The notes under the pieces are model-generated. The model worked only from the letters and a program-made list of their open reading frames with translations, was not told where the DNA came from and made no database searches. This document shows positions 48,788-56,219 of a stretch of 56,340 nt of DNA, one piece after another. The stretch's first letter is position 1, and every line of letters starts with the position of its first letter. A program made the position numbers and the translations under genes. Source of the stretch: an uncultured virus (IMG/VR IMGVR_UViG_3300020471_001437) (Duplodnaviria; Heunggongvirae; Uroviricota; Caudoviricetes); the IMG/VR virus record IMGVR_UViG_3300020471_001437; one strand, given 5' to 3'.

Positions 48788-48960
48788 CCACAACCGGCCT
48801 CATGGGCCACAGAATGTGAGTTTACCCCAACACCAAGCGTTCGCCGAACAAGACGAGGAACGGAAAGAACAAAGTTGCGATAGGTAGTGACAACATAAAG
48901 GAGGTAGTCATTGCGACGCCTACTTTTTGCTGTCAATTCGGGGCGCAGACACGTTCACAG

Positions 48961-49155
48961 ATGAATTGCCCACATTGCAATGAAAACATCACGGTCCGGC
49001 TCGAAAAGCCGGGTAGGAAGGCGGCTCGACGTCGACTTCTTCGTGCTCGAAGAGCACAACGGCTATCAGAACTCCGTTCTGAAAAGCCAACTCAACCATC
49101 GGACACACCAAAGAACCCGTATATCACTCCGGTTCGCCAATCCGAGGAAGAGTAA
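48961..49155 (+). CDS. Small basic protein with CPHC
   Basis: ACAG-ATG start; Arg-rich. Confidence 0.5.
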   Translation: MNCPHCNENITVRLEKPGRKAARRRLLRARRAQRLSELRSEKPTQPSDTPKNPYITPVRQSEEE

Positions 49156-49174
49156 TCGGCCCAATGGGCCACAG

Positions 49175-49315
49175 ATGCCTCGCCGCACAAGAAAAATGCC
49201 GTATGGAGAGGGATGTCCACGGCAATGGAGACGCAAACTGCGTCGGCAAGGAAGAAGGGAAGCAAAGGATGAAATGATGGAATACACCAAGTCATCCAAA
49301 AAATCCCGGGGCTAA
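49175..49315 (+). CDS. Small Arg/Lys-rich protein
   Basis: Bounded by two hairpin-ACAG elements. Confidence 0.5.
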   Translation: MPRRTRKMPYGEGCPRQWRRKLRRQGRREAKDEMMEYTKSSKKSRG

Positions 49316-49326
49316 TGGCCCCACAG

Positions 49327-49770
49327 ATGTCTGAAGAAGTTAATTCTGAAATATCGTTAGCCGTCAATGACGGCGTCACCGTTCTTTCGAACGGTGTCAA
49401 GGTGGTGAATTCTTCACCACACCCATTTGTCTTTGACGATGGAACAGTAGTGCCACCGTGTGGCATTACGCTGAACGCTCAATTTATTGAGCGTGAACAA
49501 GGGTCTTTGCCTCTTGCCTCTCACACAGGTAAGCGTGTGACTTTCGTGGTCACGGACAAAGTCCCAACGGAGGAAGGTACGGCCTTCCTCGACGCTGTCC
49601 CTGACGGCGTCCTTGTACTCGGGTCGCTCATTGCGGCTGAAGCGTACTGCTTCCCGGTTGTTCAACCGGTCCCCACGCCGGAGACGGCTGGGCGAGGTAC
49701 TGCCCCCGCTGATAGACGGGTCCGGTCTGACCGGTTCACTCGATTTGGCCACGTGTCATTGTTTGAGTGA
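49327..49770 (+). CDS. Hypothetical viral protein
   Basis: VVNSSPHPFVFDDGTVVPP...VLGSLIAA; ATG after hairpin-ACAG. Confidence 0.6.
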   Translation: MSEEVNSEISLAVNDGVTVLSNGVKVVNSSPHPFVFDDGTVVPPCGITLNAQFIEREQGSLPLASHTGKRVTFVVTDKVPTEEGTAFLDAVPDGVLVLGSLIAAEAYCFPVVQPVPTPETAGRGTAPADRRVRSDRFTRFGHVSLFE

Positions 49771-49791
49771 GGAGACCTAATGGGTCACAGA

Positions 49792-50025
49792 ATGGCAAAA
49801 AAATACATTGCTGTACGAAACGGCCACGTTCAAAACGTGGTTTTTGTATGCACGGGTATGAACCGATGTTATTGGTACGACCACGTGTGGCCTCTCATTG
49901 AGGGAACACAATATCAGGATTTCAAGGGATTCGATTCTCTACCTGATGCTAAAGCATACGTCGGTCCCGACGTGGCTATCGCTTGGCGTCCTGACGCCGA
50001 GGATATGCTTATCGGGATGGAATAA
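49792..50025 (+). CDS. Stand-alone RNase H1 N-terminal hybrid-binding (viroplasmin-like) domain
   Basis: KKYIAVRNG...W...I.G..Y..FKGFDSLPDAKAY matches the YAVxxG..W....YKxFxxxxEAxxY pattern. Confidence 0.65.
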   Translation: MAKKYIAVRNGHVQNVVFVCTGMNRCYWYDHVWPLIEGTQYQDFKGFDSLPDAKAYVGPDVAIAWRPDAEDMLIGME

Positions 50026-50048
50026 ACAACGACCCAATGGGTCACAGA

Positions 50049-50285
50049 ATGAGCGACAAAACGTATACCGCTGACGACATTGGAAAAGAAGTGACCCTAA
50101 ATATTGATGGTGTTGCTCTCCAAGATGTAGTAGTCGAAGTTGCACTACCCGGAAGGGGAAGCATAATCGGCCCAACTTTCGTCTGCGCTCATATTTTTGC
50201 TCGTTTGACTATGATGGCCTCAATGATGCAGGCCTCCGAGCACGCCAACAAAGAGCGTGACGATTGGTCGGACGAGATGGCTTGA
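50049..50285 (+). CDS. Hypothetical protein
   Basis: Bounded by hairpin-ACAG elements. Confidence 0.55.
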   Translation: MSDKTYTADDIGKEVTLNIDGVALQDVVVEVALPGRGSIIGPTFVCAHIFARLTMMASMMQASEHANKERDDWSDEMA

Positions 50286-50661
50286 AAGCCGACCGGTCCT
50301 ATGGGCCACAGGTTCGTTGGGGTCGCGCTTAACCAGCGCGAGGTAAGTGAGTTACTGTAAGCATTGGTGATGATGTCGTAACCAACCCCAAGGTCCCACA
50401 GATGTACAAGAAGAAAGCGCAGGCCTTTGTGGTCTGCATGACTCTGATGATGTTTGGGTTTTTTACAACCCTCATCATGCAATTAGGCTAATGGCCACAG
50501 ATGGAACCACAATGGTTTTTGGACTTGCTCAACAGACGAGATGTTGAGAAGATGGTGGACTACGACCCTTTCATGGATGCAGTAGTTCACACATTCACCC
50601 ACGAACTGTGGGAATTTACCATCATACAACAATTATGATAACGGGTCAATGACCCATAGAA

Positions 50662-51231
50662 ATGTTCGATAACAAAAAAGAATATGAGTTCTACGACCCT
50701 GAATTTGGGCCGACAGAACGAACTGATTGGAAGGAGAACTACAAACAGTTCTTGAGAGACGAGGATGCGCAATACGTATACCCGACTTTCGAGAAGCCGA
50801 AGACGGTCACAATCATGAGAGGACTCCCCGGCTCGGGGAAATCTACTCACGTGCGTGACAACTTTCCGGACGCTGTTGTAGCATCTGCTGACGATTTCTT
50901 CATGGATGAAAACGGCGAGTACGTTTTCGTTCCATGGAAGATTGGTGAAGCCCACCAATCCTGTTGGACCGTTTTCATTAACGCTGTTTTCAACAGGGAA
51001 CGTAACATTGTGGTGGACAACACCAACATGTGCGGATGGGAATACTCCAACTACGTACTACTTGCACGCAAGATGGGATACGAAATTCAAATTCACACGA
51101 TGAAGGCTGGCTTAACAGACGACACCAAACTGACGACGCTTGCAAAGCGAAACTCACACGGTGTTGACTTGAAGACAATCAAATCAATGAAAGAGCGTTT
51201 CGAACCTGACTTTGGTGAGAAATACGTATAA
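50662..51231 (+). CDS. P-loop kinase (AAA_33 / N4BP2-like polynucleotide kinase)
   Basis: IMRGLPGSGKST, SADDFF, IVVDNTN, RNSHGV. Confidence 0.85.
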   Translation: MFDNKKEYEFYDPEFGPTERTDWKENYKQFLRDEDAQYVYPTFEKPKTVTIMRGLPGSGKSTHVRDNFPDAVVASADDFFMDENGEYVFVPWKIGEAHQSCWTVFINAVFNRERNIVVDNTNMCGWEYSNYVLLARKMGYEIQIHTMKAGLTDDTKLTTLAKRNSHGVDLKTIKSMKERFEPDFGEKYV

Positions 51232-51610
51232 CGGCCTTATGGGCCATAGTCTGGTAGTTACGAGGTGGCAATGCCCGCCTTAATCGTCCGAGGGTCGCCC
51301 CCTTGGGGCCTTGTAGCAACCTCGTTTGGGTGGAGGTGTCCCACCGCTTGAGTTTTCGTGCCCCCAAAGCGCGAGGATTAGGTGGGTGCTGGACACCCAA
51401 ACGTAGAGAATCCGTTATAGACGGTACGAAGCATGGCTGTTGCATGGAAGACTATCACGTACGATGTCAAGTTGCCGCAATGCTGTATGTTGGAGGACAA
51501 GTAAAGTCCTACGAAGAAGCCCTCAAAATTGCTGATAGCATGTTGAAGGCTTCACAAGCATACCAAGGTTAAGTCGACATATGTCGGCAGTTTGAGATGT
51601 GTATACTGAC

Positions 51611-51657
51611 ACCACATATGTGGTTCAGTCACACTTGTATAATGAGAGAAGGAGGGA
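51611..51657 (+). promoter_or_regulatory. Promoter/operator copy 3
   Basis: ACCACATATGTGGT at 51611, TATAAT at 51638; a related palindrome CGACATATGTCG at 51575-51586. Confidence 0.75.
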
Positions 51658-51746
51658 CCTTCTCTCATAACCGAGTGTCGCGGAATCACCAAGTTCCGAA
51701 GTCACTCGGTTATCTGTATTTTACAGAGGGCTGTAAAGCCCATAGA

Positions 51747-52004
51747 ATGCAAACACATTTTGCAAATGGATGGAGAGTTTCCATCATCTGCTCCGAATTT
51801 TCTTACGGTGGCAAAGATGGTCTCTTCGAGTTGGCCGTTCTTGATAAGAACGGTAGACTCCACTATGACAACCCCGTTTCTAACGGGGATGTCCGTGGAT
51901 GGTTAACGGAAGCCGAGGCGCAAGCCTTGGCCGACGAAGTTGCCTCTTGGCAACCTGACCAACACCCTCCTGCGCCCAAGGAATCTTGGGAAGAAGAGGA
52001 ATAA
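51747..52004 (+). CDS. Conserved small viral protein
   Basis: FANGWRVSII...SYGGKDGLFELAVL...DVRGWLT resembles a widespread uncharacterised phage family. Confidence 0.6.
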   Translation: MQTHFANGWRVSIICSEFSYGGKDGLFELAVLDKNGRLHYDNPVSNGDVRGWLTEAEAQALADEVASWQPDQHPPAPKESWEEEE

Positions 52005-52019
52005 GACCTAATGGGTCAC

Positions 52020-52690
52020 AGATTACGCGTATTGTAAATCTATGAGTGCTCCCCTCGCGGGAGTTGGTTCCGATAACTTCGGGGCCCCACGGGAAACCGT
52101 GCCTAATTGTAGTCTTACGCGGGGCACCAACACTCCGGCTTGGCCGGTTGGAGTTGGGAAGTGTCTTACCGGGGAGTAGCATGAAGACTCCCAAGGTAAG
52201 GCTTGGGTATCACCCGTTCAAAAGGGTGGTAATGCGCTGTCGAGCGCGAGATGAGAAAAGACAGGAAATTAGTTCGCCGGTAACCAACCCGGGGCTTATG
52301 GAACGTTCGCCTTCGGGCGAAGATGGTGTGCCGGGAAGAGGAAACCCGGTTGCTCTCGGAATCGTACATGCCGTACGTGGGTCTTGGCACCCACAGGATG
52401 TATGACGAAAGGGGACCCTTCGGGGATACGGAAACAGGTCATGGGCCGGGACTAACACTCTCGGGTTCCCGCTGTTTCTAACGTGCTTGCGGAGTTGATA
52501 GGCCGCAGGACACCGACTATGACGCGAAAGCCAAAAAGTCGGCACCTGACACCACCGTGAAAACGGAGCAAGTAGGCTTAACACCCCGAAAGCATTCTCA
52601 GAATCGTGAACCAGCCGGTTTAAGACCGGACGGGCCGAAAGGTATCGACAGGACTGAGGGACCGCTGAATAAGCGGGTTGGCGTTTAGTC
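52020..52690 (+). ncRNA. Putative large (~670 nt) structured RNA
   Basis: Dense hairpins with stable tetraloops (CACGG-GAAA-CCGTG at 52088, TTCGCC-TTCG-GGCGAA at 52306, CTTACC..GGTAAG, CCGACT..AGTCGG); only implausible ORFs. Confidence 0.6.
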
Positions 52691-53077
52691 ATTTACCGAA
52701 ACAAGGAATGGATACGTATCGAGCGATAATGAATTATCACCATGATATGCGTTCTGCGGTTAGTTCCGTTCCTGTGGATAACTCAAATGCTCATGGGGGA
52801 TGTAGCCGTAGAACGTTAAATCCGCCGCCAATTGAGCCTCCCCATGCCTCCCCGGAGGACACATAGAACATGATAACAGGTATCAGTGTTAGTACCGTAA
52901 TGCGGTATGCTGGTTCTACAAATAGAACCAACCAATATGCCGGAGACGGCACAGCAAGTCTGTCTGATAGCGTAAGGGCTCTCATTACAGACATGAAGAA
53001 AAGAGGCTATACGCCGGAAAATTCCAACTTATTGAAGAGAGTTTAGTTGGTTACGGTCGAGAGGCCATAGAGGTACC

Positions 53078-54490
53078 ATGTCAAACAAAAAGACTAAGGA
53101 AAACCGACAGGCTGGTAATGCCAGCCAAAAAGGCAAGGAGGTAAGTCACCTAAAGCAAGGTCGTAAGACCAAGCGGGTGAAGGGCCAAGATGCCAAAATG
53201 GGAAGTCGCGGTGGTTATGACCACGCACGACCCATCAACAACAGGAAAAGCAAGAAGCACGTTACAAGCCGAAAGGTTACTGCTTCACGCGCCGCTGGCA
53301 ACGGAAAGCCACGTGTAGAGAAAGCCCCTCCGGGCAAACTCCCACGCGGCAAGAACGGTGACGGAAAGCGGTGGGTTCCTTGGGTAGAGATTCCAAACTC
53401 TGCACAAGTACACCACTACTACTACGTCATCCGTGAGATGCTTGAAGGCGCGGTTCCTGCTGATGTGAAGGATAGGGCACACCGCCTTGGAGTTCAGCAG
53501 TTAGACCTACACGGTCCAACAGTAGGGAGTGTTGAATCGCTCTTAACGAACTCACCACGACTTCGCCGTGATTGGCGTTCAGTCGTAGGAATCCTTCGTA
53601 TGTTGCATGAAGACAACTACATTCCGGCATCCTTCGTTGAGAAGGTGCTGAAGAACCACCCCTTAACGGGTGCGAAGAGTGTACAAGTTGTGCAAGACAC
53701 GTCAGTGGTTGAGGACTTTGTCCAAGACCGTGTTCGTGCAAGCAACAAAAAGTGGGTGTCTGAAGCGAAGGCTTCGTACGCTCGCGCAATCACAAAACTG
53801 CGTGAAAACTTCAATGAGTCATTCACGGAAGAGCAACAACAGTTGTTCCCCGGACTTACAGAAGAACAATACATGCAGGCGGCCGATAAGGCTTGGGCAG
53901 GATGGCCGGAAAATCGTAAGATGCCGGTTATCGACCACGATGGACAGACATTCGTTTGTAAAAACGAACAGGCCTTCGTTACAGCCCACATGACGCGACG
54001 CGCCTACAAGGCGGCTCGCCGTCTCCCGACCCTATTCAGGATGTCGGGCGGCATATCCTACGAAGTGTTGGAGGATAACGAATTCAAACGCAAGTCTGAC
54101 TTCGTAAACATCGAATACGCAACCAAACCCGATGGTGGAGTTTGGTTCGCAGTCGTTAACGGCGGAAACAAGAAGAAGAGTGCAAACTCTCCGTTCCGCT
54201 CACAATACTGCCAAATGTCATCTCACAAAGATGTCAGGCTGTACATTGACGACATTGACACGCCGAAGTCCGCTACAACGGACCACATTCAGCGTGCACC
54301 AAGAGATGTTGCTCCTGAAATCACTGACGACATGTCTGTACCCGAGATGCTTCGGGTAATGGAAGACAGAGGATGGAGTGCTGGACGAGTCAAGGCTCGC
54401 CCGGAACGAAAGCGTCAACCGAAGAGGACACGGAAGATTCAACCCTCCCGTGGCAAACCTCGAGTCGGCCGCAAATCCCGAGAGGGATGA
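53078..54490 (+). CDS. Hypothetical protein with very basic termini (possible RNA-binding)
   Basis: 470 aa; K/R-rich N- and C-terminal tails; lies between two structured RNAs. Confidence 0.65.
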   Translation: MSNKKTKENRQAGNASQKGKEVSHLKQGRKTKRVKGQDAKMGSRGGYDHARPINNRKSKKHVTSRKVTASRAAGNGKPRVEKAPPGKLPRGKNGDGKRWVPWVEIPNSAQVHHYYYVIREMLEGAVPADVKDRAHRLGVQQLDLHGPTVGSVESLLTNSPRLRRDWRSVVGILRMLHEDNYIPASFVEKVLKNHPLTGAKSVQVVQDTSVVEDFVQDRVRASNKKWVSEAKASYARAITKLRENFNESFTEEQQQLFPGLTEEQYMQAADKAWAGWPENRKMPVIDHDGQTFVCKNEQAFVTAHMTRRAYKAARRLPTLFRMSGGISYEVLEDNEFKRKSDFVNIEYATKPDGGVWFAVVNGGNKKKSANSPFRSQYCQMSSHKDVRLYIDDIDTPKSATTDHIQRAPRDVAPEITDDMSVPEMLRVMEDRGWSAGRVKARPERKRQPKRTRKIQPSRGKPRVGRKSREG

Positions 54491-54616
54491 GTGGGGACGG
54501 GCTAATGGCCCACCCACATAGTAAATTGATTGAAGGCGAGGCCTGCGGAAACGCGGCTTCGTCTTCATTTTTTTTTTGGTGGCGACTTTAAGTACTGTCA
54601 CCTTAGAGGTAACGAC

Positions 54617-55120
54617 ATGAGTCATTACACTGAAGTGAAGTCCGCTTTCAGCATCGAACATAGAGATGAACTGATTGCGACTTGTAAGGAACTGTGGCCC
54701 GAAGCCACTGTCCTCGTCGCCGACGAAGGAAAGCACGTAAAATGCCGTGGTTGGCCGGGTCAAACCCCGCGCAACTGCGACATTGTTGTGAGATTCCGTC
54801 GACCGACAGAAGAAAAACAAGGTAACTACGACATTGGCTTCGTTAAGAGAGCCGATGGTTCTTATGCCATGATTTCGGATTGGTACGCTTGCACGTACCC
54901 CGAAGCAACCAACGACAAGGGACGTACAGGTTCCGCGGCGGTTGAAGGCATGTTGAAGCCAATCTACACCCGACGTCTGATGAAGAAGACGCTGAAAAAG
55001 AAGAAGTCCCTGAAAGGATTCAAGGACATTTCAAAGAAGGGTGACGTGATTACTCGAAAGAACAAAGACGGGAAGGAAATACGCTACGCGCGTTTGAAAT
55101 TCCGCAGGGCGGGGCTGTGA
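54617..55120 (+). CDS. DUF1257 (Ycf35-like) protein
   Basis: MSHYTEVK...DIVV...YDIGF...DGSYAMISDW. Confidence 0.7.
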   Translation: MSHYTEVKSAFSIEHRDELIATCKELWPEATVLVADEGKHVKCRGWPGQTPRNCDIVVRFRRPTEEKQGNYDIGFVKRADGSYAMISDWYACTYPEATNDKGRTGSAAVEGMLKPIYTRRLMKKTLKKKKSLKGFKDISKKGDVITRKNKDGKEIRYARLKFRRAGL

Positions 55121-55124
55121 TAGA

Positions 55125-55343
55125 ATGGCTCTGAAGAAACCTGAAATTGTCGAAGTACTTGTGCCGATTGACGACCCGAATGAGGCAATCGTTATTGACG
55201 CGCTGAATTTTGAGGGAGACGCTTGTTCTCTCGCCACCGCAGAGTTCGAGAAGGCTCTTGGTAAGGTTGAGAAGAAGAAGTTGAAACCTGAATTCAGAAA
55301 GAAAAAGGCAAAGGCTCAACGCAACATTAAGTTGGGCAATTGA
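55125..55343 (+). CDS. DUF2997-like protein
   Basis: IDALNFEGDACSLATAEFEKALG...KPEF; usual partner of DUF1257. Confidence 0.7.
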   Translation: MALKKPEIVEVLVPIDDPNEAIVIDALNFEGDACSLATAEFEKALGKVEKKKLKPEFRKKKAKAQRNIKLGN

Positions 55344-55537
55344 CCGGGGAATAGTCCCCATAGAATGAAATTTAACTGACTCGCGCGGCTTGCGGCCGCA
55401 GAGAAACGAGTAGACCCCCATACGTGGGACTATCGAAAGATAGTATGTGTCTACAAACGAAGCATGAGGTTACGAGAGAGCCGGAAGGGCGAATCTGATA
55501 GTTTCGAGTAATGCAACACACCTAATGGGTGTATAGA

Positions 55538-56104
55538 ACAAGTACAGACGGTCTTTGACAAGACACACCACATAGTAGAGGACCGCAACCGTCTGTGCGA
55601 GCAATTCCGAAAGGATTAGTGTGGTGTGTCGTTGAATGGAGCAGGTGAATCCGAAAGGTGAAACCCGTTCGCTAAACACGTGGTGGTGCATTCAGGGGTC
55701 CGGCATAACAGGGAGTAATCCGCACGTTGATGGTGTCGCAACCGGAGTGCTGTTGGCGTCTCGCAGACGCTACGCAAACTGTGAAAACCCACGGGCTCAC
55801 GTCGAGAAGCGGTTAGACCGCAGGCGGGAACCCTCGAACCGGAAACAGGAAAGACGCCTTCACTAAGTCGTGGAGGACCTGATTCCCAAGATTACAACGT
55901 GACCGTCAGGTCACTTAGGGTGTGGCTTGAGGCATTGCGAGAGTGCAATGTCACTCGATGACCACAATTAAACAACGGAGTCCCCTTACGTGGGGACGCG
56001 CTGAACCTTTGCAGGTTCACGCGCCAAACGAGTCGTACGTGTACGACGAAGGCTCCGCCGACGCAACAGACGCAACGTAGTGCCCATTAAGGGGACTCCG
56101 TTGT
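55538..56104 (+). ncRNA. Putative large (~570 nt) structured RNA with pseudoknot
   Basis: Crossing 11-bp helices 55542-55552/55588-55598 and 55562-55572/55620-55630; 17-bp helix 55972-55988/56088-56104; many hairpins. Confidence 0.7.
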
Positions 56105-56117
56105 ATGTAGTGTTGAT

Positions 56118-56219
56118 GTGTATACGGTGCACCCAGCAGGATTCCTACAATGGATGAATGACAAAGCACCAACGATTACTACTAACGTAAACTACCCTCA
56201 TTGGGGATATGAGAACAAG
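56118..56219 (+). other. Mosaic of short fragments homologous to this virus's structural genes
   Basis: 56190-56219 matches 557-586 at 26/30 nt (NYPHWGYENK); 56118-56171 encodes VYTVHPAGFLQWMNDKAP versus VYLRHPAGVPKWVLDEAP in gene 2018-3007. Confidence 0.75.

Larger units (their letters stand above)
45792..55537 (+). repeat. Dispersed family (~20 copies) of short hairpin + A(C/T)AG elements at unit junctions
   Basis: Copies start at 45792, 45811, 47179, 47942, 48148, 48555, 48796, 49158, 49308, 49774, 50031, 50295, 50486, 50643, 51233, 51728, 52005, 53055, 54491, 55346 and 55518; stems covary. Confidence 0.85.

Noticed and set aside
52281..52340. RNase P RNA-like words (ACCCGGGGCTTA, GAGGAAAC)
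   Set aside because: They are in the wrong order and the P4 pairing cannot be built. The same applies to GAGGAAACTC at 45751.
52046..52692. ORFs 52046-52405, 52210-52692 and similar
   Set aside because: Their R/P/G/S-rich composition, lack of RBS and overlap with dense RNA structure indicate spurious ORFs.
45811..55537. CTAAT...CACAG-ATG looks like a spliceosomal branch point plus 3' splice site
   Set aside because: The genome has SD-led, translationally coupled operons and archaeal markers. The CTAAT part varies while stem pairing is conserved, and there is no donor pattern.
55538..56104. Group I/II intron or hammerhead ribozyme
   Set aside because: I could not identify domain V, a P7 core or a CUGAUGA/GAAA core, and no gene is interrupted.
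56190..56219. Terminal redundancy or assembly overlap with the window start
   Set aside because: The match is only 30 nt, has four synonymous mismatches and unrelated flanks.
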